Below are positions 10,169 through 20,330 of a stretch of DNA of 64,000 nt, in pieces. Numbering within the stretch: position 1 is the stretch's first letter; each line of letters opens with the position of its first letter. The position numbers and the translations under genes are program-made. This stretch comes from an uncultured Acidobacteriota bacterium (GTDB lineage: Bacteria > Acidobacteriota > UBA6911). The stretch covers positions 1 through 64,000 of the forward strand of contig CAWEJX010000014.1 in the NCBI GenBank assembly GCA_963809485.1. The letters run 5' to 3'. Under the pieces are notes generated by a model. That model was not told the DNA's origin. It saw only the letters and a program-made list of their open reading frames with translations, and ran no database searches.

Positions 10169-10861
10169 TCAGTCGGTTTTTCGGGCAGGGCTGATCCGGG
10201 TTAGTTCATCCAGCAGGATTTTTGCATCTTTGGGTACCGATTCCGTCGGTCGGAGCAGAATGTCCCGGGGTTCGACCTGTTTGCCGTACAGGACAAAGTT
10301 GGCATCTTTGTCGGGCCGTACCGATCCTCCTTTGACGACCAATCCTCCAAACAGGCCTCGCGCTCTTGAATAGGCGAGAATTTTCGCCGAAATCCACACG
10401 TCGACTTCGGCCGCTGCGGTCCTGCCGACCGGTCCGGCTGCCACGGAGGCATCCGCCCCCAGCGTGAATTTGCTGTTCAGCAGGCTTTCGATGCCGCCGA
10501 GGTTCATGATAACGAAGATCAGGTCGACGGATTCCCCCCCGATTTGAAGCCCGAAACTCCCGCCGTGAAGCTGAAGCATGGAAGGCGCGCTCCATGGCCC
10601 TTCGCCCATGTTGGTCCGGCAGGACATAACGCCCTTGCCGTAATTAGCGCCGAAGATAAAACCGCCTTTTTTCATACCCGGAATGATCGCCACACAAGCG
10701 CATTTGTTGAGCAGATCCTGGGGAATACCCTTATCCGGTGTTTCGGAAATTTGTTTCATCACTAACGCTGCACGTACCACGCGGTCATTAACGTCGCTGG
10801 CCACAGCCAGCGCGGACATGCCGAGACCCCCTAAGATGGCAAGAAGCAACAGTTTTTTCAT
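10169..10861 (-). CDS. Lipid-binding SYLF (Ysc84-like) domain protein, secreted
   Basis: Signal peptide; KKGGFIFGANYGKG, GGSFGLQIGG, GADASVAAGPVGR, YSRARGLFGG. Confidence 0.92.
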   Translation of the reverse strand: MKKLLLLAILGGLGMSALAVASDVNDRVVRAALVMKQISETPDKGIPQDLLNKCACVAIIPGMKKGGFIFGANYGKGVMSCRTNMGEGPWSAPSMLQLHGGSFGLQIGGESVDLIFVIMNLGGIESLLNSKFTLGADASVAAGPVGRTAAAEVDVWISAKILAYSRARGLFGGLVVKGGSVRPDKDANFVLYGKQVEPRDILLRPTESVPKDAKILLDELTRISPARKTD

Positions 10862-10996
10862 CGCGCCTCCAGAAGCTTCACCTGATTATCCGGTTTTACG
10901 CAAACAGCTTAGCACACAGCGGCATTGGGGCGAAGCTTCACTCATGAAAATAATTCATAGCAGAAAAGAAATCCGCCGAATTCCACGAATGGAATT

Positions 10997-12037
10997 TCAA
11001 ACCGATGCCGCGCAGCCGTTGGTCGAGCGGGATTTGAAGGAAAAAAATTCCGTGACATTTTCACGCACCAGCTGCGGGAAAGTTTTGTCCAGGTAGGAGC
11101 GGATCGAAACATAACACTGGTCGCACGTGTTATGTTGCGTGAATTCGCGGATCATGCGGGCCTGTTCGTGCAGGCTGTAGCGTTTGAACTGCATCGAGCA
11201 TGGCTGAAGCGCCCCGTCGCTGGTCACAACAAGCCACCGGAGACCGGCCTTGCAGGAGGGAGTCCCGCCCCTGGCGAAATAAAGGTTGGTTGCATCCAGC
11301 GTGGATTCGTTGTTGGTAATCCAATGGGATTTATCCATGCGCTGCTTGATGCGCTCCAGGCCTTTTTCGAGAGTGGCCAGCTGACCTTTTGTGTTCAGGA
11401 AATAGTCGCGGCATCCCGTGCGCTTGGGCGAATAGGCGCTGTAGTTGAGGTTCACGCCCCATTCGGCCGCTTTGTCGGCGATTGCGTTGATTTCCTCGAC
11501 GTTGGCTGCCGTAATGCAGTTATTCAAAACGATATCGTCATAGCCCATCGCGGCGATTTTCGGCACGAGCTGGCTGAGGTGGCGATAAAGCCCGGGCAGG
11601 CCGCGGAAATCGTCGTGGCGCTCGTCGGGAAAATCCAGGCTGACGCAGAACTCGTCGACTCCGGCGCGGCGCAATTCCACATAGCGCTGCTCGGTCATAT
11701 TGGACCAGTTCGAAACCAGGATCAGGTAGGGAAGACCGGAATCCGATTTTATGTTTTGGATGATCTCGGTCAGGTCCGCGCGCATCAGAGGCTCCCCGCC
11801 GGATACCTGAACGACAGGCGGGCAGAGCACCTCCATGTATTTGCGATACTCCGACGGCTTCAAATCGCGCGCGGTGTCTTTGGGACCCCCATGATCGCAA
11901 TGCTTGCAGTAGCAGGTGCAGGAATTTGTCACCTCGAACGAAACCACAACGGGCCTGTGCGCAAACCAGTTCATGGATCCTTGTGCAATTATCCGCAGCG
12001 ATTCCCCCAAGGGAACTTTCCGCATGAGCTCCTCCAT
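10997..12037 (-). CDS. Radical SAM protein with C-terminal twitch/SPASM-like Cys cluster
   Basis: CTCYCKHC, SGGEPL, C-terminal CKAG...DGALQPC...CDQC. Confidence 0.88.
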   Translation of the reverse strand: MEELMRKVPLGESLRIIAQGSMNWFAHRPVVVSFEVTNSCTCYCKHCDHGGPKDTARDLKPSEYRKYMEVLCPPVVQVSGGEPLMRADLTEIIQNIKSDSGLPYLILVSNWSNMTEQRYVELRRAGVDEFCVSLDFPDERHDDFRGLPGLYRHLSQLVPKIAAMGYDDIVLNNCITAANVEEINAIADKAAEWGVNLNYSAYSPKRTGCRDYFLNTKGQLATLEKGLERIKQRMDKSHWITNNESTLDATNLYFARGGTPSCKAGLRWLVVTSDGALQPCSMQFKRYSLHEQARMIREFTQHNTCDQCYVSIRSYLDKTFPQLVRENVTEFFSFKSRSTNGCAASV

Positions 12038-12256
12038 CTAAATCTGTGTGCCAGACTGCCTGCGAGGGCAATCCTATCAGAAGCCGGCTCCTAATTGCAA
12101 GCTCCTAAACCTGTTTCGGTAACGCTGACGTGCGCCGACATAAGCGCTGAGGAACGCCGACGCTTGAATAGGGCAAAGGTTCCACCGAAAAAATCCATGG
12201 AAGATCCTGGGGCTGAGGCCAGCGGTTCACCGTCAAGCTTGCGGCTTTGCCAGGGA

Positions 12257-12769
12257 TTACGGACGCGATTTGGCTCGGCTGCGCAGCCGGAGGGACCGCT
12301 CCTTGCGTTCGCAATATTCCTTCAGTTCGAGCAGCACCGAATTCCAGCCCTGGTCCAGGAAGGCATAGGTTTCTTCGTCGGGCGCCGAATCGTCCGTGTC
12401 CAGCATGACGACCTCCGTCATGCCCGATTTGCATCGAATCTCGTAGCTGAGGGTATGCCCGGAATTTTCCGGTTGTGTTCCGCGGCCGTCGTCAATCCAG
12501 CGGAGCTCCAGCTCTTTGCCCGGTACGATGCGGGTGAATACCGCGCTACCCTTCTGGCTGGATTTCCGGGTTCGCCAGTGCGCGATAAACTCACCGCCTT
12601 CTCGGGCGTTGCAGCTGGCGCGATCGCAGAACCACCGCACGAGATCCTTGGCGTCCGTCAAGGCCTTAAAGACGACATCTGCGGAGGCCTTGATCCAGAC
12701 CTTCTTTTGAATTTTGCAGTGTTGCCGATCACCGGGCTGATTGCGGACTTCATGCTGGGTGCTGGTCAC
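12257..12769 (-). CDS. SRPBCC/AHSA1 (START-like) domain protein
   Basis: IKASADVVFKALTD..LVRWF...GWNSVLLELKEYCE; GGAGG then GTG start. Confidence 0.85.
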   Translation of the reverse strand: MTSTQHEVRNQPGDRQHCKIQKKVWIKASADVVFKALTDAKDLVRWFCDRASCNAREGGEFIAHWRTRKSSQKGSAVFTRIVPGKELELRWIDDGRGTQPENSGHTLSYEIRCKSGMTEVVMLDTDDSAPDEETYAFLDQGWNSVLLELKEYCERKERSLRLRSRAKSRP

Positions 12770-13308
12770 AGATCTTGCCTCCCTGAGAACGGCCGACACT
12801 CCCGGCGCAGCTATCTATATTAGCAAACGATGAATCGTTCGGCCTTAAAAATGACTGCAACGATCCGCAAAACGTATGGCGCAAGTGATTCGCACCCGGC
12901 CTTGGCGTTCATCACATATTCCGCGACTGCAGCTGCGCCTTGGGGACTTCGGCGGAGTGAATGCGCCGGGAGCTTTCCCGCCGCCCTCCCTCAAGCCGGC
13001 CCCGGCTCTGAGCATTCCGGCAGTAACCTGAGGGGATGCGGGGCGAAAGGGGAGCATCAAAGGTTGCTTTATTGTCGGAGTTGTCATTATTATAGCGGCG
13101 TGGACTCAATGCGGGGAGCCGCAACGGAGCACCGAACGCCGGTTTCCGGCACGGCAGGCCTCGAAATCAGATCCACAGTGCGGGCACGTCCTCGGTCCCG
13201 CCCAATGTTCTGCAGTAGGCATTTCAATGGAACTCGGGCTGCATGTATCGGGCAGCCTGAATAGCACTGCGCGGCATTTGCCGGCGCACGCACAGGATAG
13301 AGGGAACC

Positions 13309-16050
13309 ATGCACAAAAGAATCACCTTGATAATTTTCCTGGTCGCGCTTTTCGTGCTGCTCGGCGGCCTGACCTTTGCGGTGGAGATGTATTTCGACTA
13401 CCTTTGGTTCATGGAGCTGGGCAAGACGGCCATCTTCACAACCGCTCTCTACGCTAAAAGCATGCTCGGGTCGGGGATCCTGCTGATAGGTTTCCTGTTC
13501 CTCTACCTGAATTTCCTGTTTGCCAACAGAGGTCCGGGACTTATCCAGATAGGAATCCCGACTCCCACGGGCCAGATTACGGCCTATACGGTCTCACCCG
13601 AAACGGTACGACGCGTATCCGGGCTGGCGGCTGCTGTGATAGGCCTGTTCATAGGAATAGGAGAGGCGAAAAACTGGGAGAAAGTCTGGCGCTGGCTGCA
13701 CAGCGTGGATTTCAATTTGAAGGACTCCGTATTTTCAAGGGACGTGTCCTTCTACTTCTTCTCGTTGCCTCTTATGAGGGAAGTGGTGCGGCTGGGCATT
13801 ATTCTGAGCATCCTGGCGCTCGCCGGAGTTCTGGCGCTCTACTATTTCAAAGGAACGCTGGCATGGCGCAAGCTGAACAATGCCGGAAGCCGGACACGCA
13901 CGGGCATGCATATCTCGCTCCTGGCATCCCTGGTTTTTTTGTTCCTTGGCGCCAGCGCCTACCTGGACCGCTTCGAGGTGCTCTTCGGCAGCCATGAGAT
14001 ATTTTCCGGCGCAAACTACGCCGATCTTCACGCGCGGGTCCCGATGCTCACGCTGCTGATGGTCGTCGCGCTGGCGGGCGCGGTTCTGTTCATCGTCAAT
14101 GCCTTTGCGTCCAGCAATCGGATGGCGATTGCTGCCGTGCTGCTTTATTTTGTGGCGCTGTTCGCCGGGAACCTATACCCGGCGTTTATCCAGAAGTTTA
14201 TCGTATCGCCCAACGAGCTCGACAAGGAGAATCTCCAGATCAAGCATAATATTGAGGCCACCCTTCAAGCCTATGGACTTGCCAATGTGGAGGAGCGAGA
14301 TCTTTCGGGCGACAAAGCGCTCACGCCCCAGGATATTGAAAATAATGCGGCAACCATCCACAGCATCCGCCTTTGGGATCACGAGCCTCTCCTGGATGCT
14401 TTGAAGCAAATCCAGGAAATCCGGACCTATTACGATTTCATCTCTGTGGACAACGACCGTTACCTGCTGGGCGACGAGCTTCAGCAGTTCATGCTGTCCT
14501 CCCGGGAGCTGAATTCCGCCGGTTTGCCGGAAAGGAACTGGATCAACGAGCGCCTGAGTTATACGCACGGCTATGGGCTTGCGGTTGGTCCGGTGAACCG
14601 CATGACAAACGAAGGCCTTCCGGTTCTGCTGGTTCAGAATATCCCGCCTGTCTCCTCAAACCCGGTTTTCCAGATCAACCGCCCGGAAATCTATTTTGGC
14701 GAACTGACCCGTGGATATGCGGTTGTCAAAAGCGGGCAGAAAGAATTCGATTACCCCTCGGGAGAAGCAAACGTGTACACGACCTACCAGGGTTCCGGGG
14801 GAGTTCCGGTTCATTCCTTTTTCCGCAAGCTTCTCTTTGCATTCTATTTCCGCGATATCAATATTGTGCTCTCCCCTCTGGTCACTTCGGAAAGCAGGTT
14901 CCTGTACCACAGGGATGTGCGCACGCGCATGAGCCGGCTCGCGCCCTTTCTGCTGCTGGATCAGGATCCTTATGTGGCCATTTCCGGAGGCCGGCTATTC
15001 TGGATCCAGGACGGGTATACGCGTTCGGACCGCTACCCGTATTCGCAGGCAACGCGGGGTGTCGGCAACTATATCCGGAACTCCGTCAAGATGGTCATGG
15101 ACGCATACAATGGCAAGGTTGAAATGTATGTTTCCGACCCGGACGATCCCATCATCAAGGTTTACCAGAATATCTTCCCGGGCGTTTTCCGCCCGATTTC
15201 CGAGATATCCCAGGATCTGCGAAGCCACTTGAGATACCCGGAGGATATCTTCAGAGTGCAGACCTATATCTACAGCGTGTACCACATGACTACGCCGCAG
15301 ATCTTCTACAACAAGGAGGACCTGTGGCAGATACCTGTCCTTGAGGGCGGCGGGAGCGAGAATCCAATGGCTCCTTATTACACGATCATGCGGCTGCCTC
15401 AGGAGAAGAAGGAGGAGTTCATCCTGATGCTGCCGTATACGCCGGGACGCAAGGACAACCTGTCCGCATGGATGGTGGCGCGGAGCGACAGCGAAAATTA
15501 CGGGCGCCTGGTCGTTTACCGATTCCCCAAACAGAAGCTTGTCTACGGTCCCCGGCAGATCGTCGCCCGCATCAACCAGGATGCGGAAATTTCAAGGCAG
15601 ATCTCGCTTTGGGATCAGAGGGGATCCCAGGTGATTCAGGGAAATCTCCTGGTTATACCGATCGAAGAAGCGCTGATTTATGTGCGGCCCCTCTACCTGC
15701 GCGCCGCAAGCGGAAAGATCCCCGAATTGAAACGCGTGATTGTCGCCTATGAAAACCGCATTGCGATGGAGGAAACACTCGAAGCATCGCTTGCAAGGAT
15801 ATTCGGGAGTGAGTTGCCGTCCGGTCAGGGGCTGGAGGAAAAAATCGGGGCGGCACAGCCAGCGCCGAAGGCTGCTTCTGCGGAGGGCGCGCTGAACCTC
15901 ATTCAGCAGGCCGGCGATGCATACGACCGGGCCATCCAGGCGCAAAGGCAGGGGGATTGGTCCAGGTATGGCGAGGAGATAAAGAAACTTGGCGCCATTC
16001 TCGAAGATCTGGCGCGGCAAAAGAGTGCCCAAGCCCCCAGGACGCCCTAA
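13309..16050 (+). CDS. UPF0182 family membrane protein
   Basis: DYLWFMELG, DVSFYFFSLP, IRLWD, VDNDRY, YTHGYG, PEIYFGE, NYIRNSVK, HLRYPEDIF, GNLLVIP. Confidence 0.95.
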   Translation: MHKRITLIIFLVALFVLLGGLTFAVEMYFDYLWFMELGKTAIFTTALYAKSMLGSGILLIGFLFLYLNFLFANRGPGLIQIGIPTPTGQITAYTVSPETVRRVSGLAAAVIGLFIGIGEAKNWEKVWRWLHSVDFNLKDSVFSRDVSFYFFSLPLMREVVRLGIILSILALAGVLALYYFKGTLAWRKLNNAGSRTRTGMHISLLASLVFLFLGASAYLDRFEVLFGSHEIFSGANYADLHARVPMLTLLMVVALAGAVLFIVNAFASSNRMAIAAVLLYFVALFAGNLYPAFIQKFIVSPNELDKENLQIKHNIEATLQAYGLANVEERDLSGDKALTPQDIENNAATIHSIRLWDHEPLLDALKQIQEIRTYYDFISVDNDRYLLGDELQQFMLSSRELNSAGLPERNWINERLSYTHGYGLAVGPVNRMTNEGLPVLLVQNIPPVSSNPVFQINRPEIYFGELTRGYAVVKSGQKEFDYPSGEANVYTTYQGSGGVPVHSFFRKLLFAFYFRDINIVLSPLVTSESRFLYHRDVRTRMSRLAPFLLLDQDPYVAISGGRLFWIQDGYTRSDRYPYSQATRGVGNYIRNSVKMVMDAYNGKVEMYVSDPDDPIIKVYQNIFPGVFRPISEISQDLRSHLRYPEDIFRVQTYIYSVYHMTTPQIFYNKEDLWQIPVLEGGGSENPMAPYYTIMRLPQEKKEEFILMLPYTPGRKDNLSAWMVARSDSENYGRLVVYRFPKQKLVYGPRQIVARINQDAEISRQISLWDQRGSQVIQGNLLVIPIEEALIYVRPLYLRAASGKIPELKRVIVAYENRIAMEETLEASLARIFGSELPSGQGLEEKIGAAQPAPKAASAEGALNLIQQAGDAYDRAIQAQRQGDWSRYGEEIKKLGAILEDLARQKSAQAPRTP

Positions 16051-16062
16051 GGAGGCCCAATA

Positions 16063-16569
16063 ATGGCAAGTACGCAGTCCTTTGACATCACGACCGGGTG
16101 TGACCTGCAGGAGGTGGACAACGCGGTCAATCAGGCGATGAAGGAAATCCGGCAGCGTTACGATTTCAAAGGTCTTAACGTGAATATCGATTTCAGGCGG
16201 GCGGAGAACAAGCTTGTTTTGCGGGCTCCGGATGAATTCAAACTGCGGGCGATATGGGACGTCATCCAGGAAAAGATGGTGCGCCGGCAGGTCCCTCTGA
16301 AAAATATGCAACAGGGCACAGTCCAGCCTGCAGCCGGCGGCACTGTCACTCAGGAAGTGAACCTGCAGCAGGGCATACCCATCGAGACGGCCAGGGGCAT
16401 CGTCAAACTGGTGAAGGAGCTCAGAATTAAAAAGGTCCAGTCCGAAATTCAGGGGGAACAGGTGCGCATTACATCTCCCTCGCGCGACGATCTGCAGACC
16501 GTCATGCGCCAAATCAGGGAGAAGGATTTCGGCGTGGAGTTGAAATTCGGCAACTACCGAAGCAACTGA
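16063..16569 (+). CDS. yajQ: YajQ family nucleotide/c-di-GMP-binding protein
   Basis: SFDI...QEVDNAVNQA..EI.QRYDFKG...IQGEQVR...RDDLQ...FGNYR. Confidence 0.95.
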   Translation: MASTQSFDITTGCDLQEVDNAVNQAMKEIRQRYDFKGLNVNIDFRRAENKLVLRAPDEFKLRAIWDVIQEKMVRRQVPLKNMQQGTVQPAAGGTVTQEVNLQQGIPIETARGIVKLVKELRIKKVQSEIQGEQVRITSPSRDDLQTVMRQIREKDFGVELKFGNYRSN

Positions 16570-16689
16570 ACGGAACCACCGGCCGGCAAACTCCGGCAGA
16601 GCCGGTGGGGATCTCCCGACGGGTCAGGCGCAAAGCCGCCCATCGGGACCTTAGGGGATTTTCCTGTCTGACTCTGCTGCCTGCCTTTT

Positions 16690-17436
16690 ATGATCGAAGT
16701 TGACGGATTAGCCAGAAGCTATCATTCCATCGAGGCGGTGAAGGATTTGTCTTTCCGCGTCGAGCCCGGCGAAGTCCTGGGGCTGGTCGGCCCGAATGGT
16801 GCAGGCAAAACCACCACCTTGCGCTGCATTGTGGGGATTATTCCGCCTACTCGCGGCGATGTGCGGATTGATGGGCAATCGATCCTGAGAAATCCTATTG
16901 CCGCGAAGCGCAGCATCGGCTTCATGCCGGATGAACCCCGCCTGTTCGAACACCTGACTGTCCTCGAACACCTCCAATTCACCGCCAGGATTTACGGCGT
17001 CGCCGATTTCGAGAGAAAAGCGGGGGACCTGCTCGTCGAGCTGGAGCTTACAGGACAAAGGGACAGCCTGCCTGGTGAGCTTTCACGCGGGATGAAACAA
17101 AAACTGGTGATTGCGTGCGGGCTGCTTCATTCGCCCGAGAACCTCGTGTTCGACGAACCGCTTACAGGCCTGGATCCGCTGGGAATCCGGCGCATGAAGC
17201 AGACGATTCTGGGGCGGGCGCGCGCCGGCGCCGCGGTCATTGTCAGTTCGCATCTGCTTCACCTGGTGGAGGAAATCTGCAGCCGGATACTTATTTTGAA
17301 GGAAGGACGGAAGATCTTCCACGGGTCGCTTGAGGAAATCTCGCAAAGCCTCCCCGAACTGCGTGGCAGTGCCGACCTGGAGGAGATCTTTCTGCGCGTC
17401 ACCCGCAATCCGGACAGCGAAGGACAGGGAAAATGA
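16690..17436 (+). CDS. ABC transporter ATP-binding protein
   Basis: GPNGAGKTT, LSRGMKQK, FDEPLTGLD, SSH. Confidence 0.95.
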   Translation: MIEVDGLARSYHSIEAVKDLSFRVEPGEVLGLVGPNGAGKTTTLRCIVGIIPPTRGDVRIDGQSILRNPIAAKRSIGFMPDEPRLFEHLTVLEHLQFTARIYGVADFERKAGDLLVELELTGQRDSLPGELSRGMKQKLVIACGLLHSPENLVFDEPLTGLDPLGIRRMKQTILGRARAGAAVIVSSHLLHLVEEICSRILILKEGRKIFHGSLEEISQSLPELRGSADLEEIFLRVTRNPDSEGQGK

Positions 17437-19124
17437 TCCGGGCATTTCTGTTTCTGCTGGTCTGCAGCCTGAAAAACCGCGTTTCCATCCGGTTGAAAAG
17501 ACTGCGCCGGCCGCAATACCTGATTTCGCTGCTGGCCGGTCTGGCCTATATTTATTTTGTTTTCCTTCATCCGTTTCATCGGAATGGTTTGCGTGAGCCT
17601 CATACCAGCCTTGCGCCGGATTCGGATTTTTTCCCGGTCGCTGAGCCGGCGTTTGCTCTTCTTCTGTTCGGCGCGGTTGTCTCTCAATGGCTGCTTCCGG
17701 GAGCGCGGCGGGCGCTCTTCAATGAAGCCGAGATCCAGATTTTATTCCCTGCGCCGATTCCGCGGCAGGCGCTCCTGCACTACCATATGGCAAAGGCCCA
17801 GTTAGGGATCCTGTTCGGCACCTGCATCACCGCGCTGATTGTGGCTACCGGGACTCTTGCGCCGCACGCCGGGTATTTTTTTGCGGGGCTTTGGATTGTC
17901 TATACCTTCCTATACCTGTGCCGTGTCGCGATTTTCGTGGCGAGAAGAGCTTTGCTGACGCTCGGCCTGGAGGAGTGGAACCTGCAAGCCGGCATGCTCG
18001 GATTTTTGTTCTTTGCGGCGGCATCAGCGGCCGTGTGGTCCAGGTGGTTCCTTCCCGAACCCGGGCAGACGGGTGTCCCCGCCCCCGCAGAAGCGATGTC
18101 ATGGTTTTTGCGGGTTACGGGATCCGGCCCTGCGCATTTTTTATTGATTCCTTTCCATTGGATGGTTCGCCCCGCGTTGGCGTCTGCGCAGGCTCAGTTT
18201 GTTTTGGGACTTCTTCCCGCTATTGGGATCCTGGCGTCAGTTTATGGCTACCTGCGCTTTAGCCGCGTGCCGCTGGGCGAGATGTTTCCGTCCGCCGCAA
18301 AAACAGCTTCTGGAGAGATCCGGCGAGTGCACAGGCAACCCCCTTTCCGTCTGGCGCCGGAAGGTGCCCCGTCCACGGCCATATATTGGAAGAACCTGAT
18401 TCTTGCGGGCAGATTTAAACTTCGCCGCATCATCGTCCTTCTTGCAGGATTATTTGCAATGCTTGCGGCCGTCAAGACACTCCTGGATGGAAATGCGTCC
18501 GCAATTTTGGGTTCTGTGGCGGCGGCGCTGGCCGGCTTTTTCATATTGCTGGGCCCCATTGTATTCCGCGAGGATTTGAGAACCGACTGGAAGAATCTTG
18601 ACATTCTGAAGACATATCCGATTCCCGGCCGGGGAATTGTATTGGGTGAGGCGCTTGCTCCCGCAGCAATATTGGCGTTTTTGGAGTGTGCCTCCCTGTT
18701 TATGGCTTTATGGCTGCTGCCCGCAGCAGGCTCAATCCCATGGGGATTCGGGGACCGGATATTCATCGGGCTCGCGGCAGCCCTGCTCCTGCCCCCCATC
18801 AGCCTGGTGGGGATCCTGGTACAGAATGCCACGGTGCTGATTCTCCCCGGCTGGGTTCACCTGGGCCGGGAGCACCAGCAAGGAGTTGAGGCCATGGGGC
18901 AGCGGCTTATATCCTCCATCGCGACGGCCCTGTGTCTGCTGCTTTTCGCCCTGCCCGCAATGCTTTTGTCTGCCGCGTTATTTTTTGCCGGCTACCATGC
19001 CGCGGGAATGCTTATCCTGGTCCCCGCCGCAGCGGCGGCCGCGCTCACACTGTTTCTGGAAGCGGGTGCATGCATTTTGTGGCTGGGGCGGCTTTTCGAC
19101 AGATATGATACCGCGTATGAGTGA
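17433..19124 (+). CDS. Putative ABC exporter permease
   Basis: Multiple hydrophobic helices, FNEAEIQILFPAP, DLRTD..NLDILKTYPI; overlaps the ATPase stop. Confidence 0.8.
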   Translation: MIRAFLFLLVCSLKNRVSIRLKRLRRPQYLISLLAGLAYIYFVFLHPFHRNGLREPHTSLAPDSDFFPVAEPAFALLLFGAVVSQWLLPGARRALFNEAEIQILFPAPIPRQALLHYHMAKAQLGILFGTCITALIVATGTLAPHAGYFFAGLWIVYTFLYLCRVAIFVARRALLTLGLEEWNLQAGMLGFLFFAAASAAVWSRWFLPEPGQTGVPAPAEAMSWFLRVTGSGPAHFLLIPFHWMVRPALASAQAQFVLGLLPAIGILASVYGYLRFSRVPLGEMFPSAAKTASGEIRRVHRQPPFRLAPEGAPSTAIYWKNLILAGRFKLRRIIVLLAGLFAMLAAVKTLLDGNASAILGSVAAALAGFFILLGPIVFREDLRTDWKNLDILKTYPIPGRGIVLGEALAPAAILAFLECASLFMALWLLPAAGSIPWGFGDRIFIGLAAALLLPPISLVGILVQNATVLILPGWVHLGREHQQGVEAMGQRLISSIATALCLLLFALPAMLLSAALFFAGYHAAGMLILVPAAAAAALTLFLEAGACILWLGRLFDRYDTAYE

Positions 19125-19136
19125 CGGGAGATGCGT

Positions 19137-19327
19137 GTCAGGTACCTCCGGCAAAGCCGGAGGCTTGAAAGATTTGAACCGCTCAAAGCGGTTGGAGGAG
19201 TTGCGCCGGTCTTGAACGCTGACTTACGCCGACCCTCGCCGAACAAATCGGCGTTTCTCAGCGTTTCCAAATACGGAGCTGTCAAACTCTTTGAGTCCCC
19301 CGGCAGAGCCGGGGCTTTACCAATGCA
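19137..19327 (-). mobile_element. Non-autonomous IS200/IS605-like palindromic element, copy A
   Basis: Left hairpin CCCCGGCTCTGCCGGGG and right hairpin CCTCCGGCTTTGCCGGAGG..TGAC on the minus strand; preceded by TGAT. Confidence 0.85.
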
Positions 19328-19328
19328 A

Positions 19329-20312
19329 TCATTTCAGCCCCAATTGCTGGATTTGTTTCCGGACGGCGGGCGCCTCTCCTGCGTCCGGGTGCAGATCCAG
19401 AAACTGCCGCAGCATGCGTGCCGCGGACGCAGAATCCTTTCTCGCGATGTAAATTTCGGCCAGCTTTAGTTGCGGGAAAGAAAAGTGCCCGGGATCCAAA
19501 ACAGTCGCCTGCTTCAGATACTTCTCGGCTTCCTCCATCTGTCCCATGTGATAGTAGTTCAGGCCCAGCTGCGAATGGGCCAGCGCGTCGTCGGGCCTTG
19601 CCTGTAAGGCAGCCAGGTTCCAGGGCAGCGAATCCTGTATCTTACCCTGCGTGAGCAAAGCGCCGCCCAAATTTACCAGCGACGGGTAATAGTCGGGCTC
19701 ATGCTTCAGCGCCTCCCGGAAATACGTTTCCGCGAGGGCAAATTGATGCAATTTATAGGCCAGGGCGCCGAGATTATTCCAGGCATCGACGTATTGGGGG
19801 GCGATTTCAACCGCCTTCTTCAGGTGTTCCACAGCCCCCTCGACATCGCGGTTTTGCATTTTCCTGTTCGCTTTTTCGTACTCCCGCAGGGCATTGTCGG
19901 GTATGGAAAGCTGGGACGAAGAGACTTTCTGATAGGATTTGCTCGCGAGACTGGGCTGGAAGGTAATTTCGACAAAAACGCGTTTCTTGGAATCCGCAAG
20001 CGCGGGACTCACCTCCACGGTGCGCGCATATTCGCCCGAGCGCGGGATATACACAATCAAAGTGAACAGGTCGGGATGCAGGTCTTTGAATTTGAATTTT
20101 CCCGACAAATCAGCCCGCGTTTGAGCGGCGAAGGGAATGTGCGTCCCATCCAAAAAAACCAGCGGACAGGTAGCCCGGGTAAACTTTTTGTCGGGCTGTG
20201 TGATTTTGCCGATCAGCTGGTAGCCGCCGGCGTCCGCTCCCCGCGCAAGAAAGGCGTTGAGCGCAAAAAGCAGAAACAGACTGCTTCGCATGATCCGTAC
20301 GTTGCCTTTCAC
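19329..20312 (-). CDS. Secreted TPR protein with N-terminal carboxypeptidase-regulatory-like domain
   Basis: Signal peptide, ADLSGKFKFKDL beta-domain, multiple TPRs (AWNNLG, SLVNLG, AHSQLG). Confidence 0.85.
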   Translation of the reverse strand: MKGNVRIMRSSLFLLFALNAFLARGADAGGYQLIGKITQPDKKFTRATCPLVFLDGTHIPFAAQTRADLSGKFKFKDLHPDLFTLIVYIPRSGEYARTVEVSPALADSKKRVFVEITFQPSLASKSYQKVSSSQLSIPDNALREYEKANRKMQNRDVEGAVEHLKKAVEIAPQYVDAWNNLGALAYKLHQFALAETYFREALKHEPDYYPSLVNLGGALLTQGKIQDSLPWNLAALQARPDDALAHSQLGLNYYHMGQMEEAEKYLKQATVLDPGHFSFPQLKLAEIYIARKDSASAARMLRQFLDLHPDAGEAPAVRKQIQQLGLK

Positions 20313-20330
20313 GCGATTTCCCCTATGCCG

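Noticed and set aside
11132-12094. Long antisense ORFs (also 23284-24273, 33096-34454, 39667-40734, 46056-47012, 52586-53635, 53712-54647)
   Set aside because: Shadow frames of well-supported genes in GC-rich DNA, with no recognisable motifs.
12800-13300. 500-bp intergenic region as a possible ncRNA or riboswitch
   Set aside because: GC-rich stems are possible, but I recognise no conserved motif. An Rfam scan would be needed.
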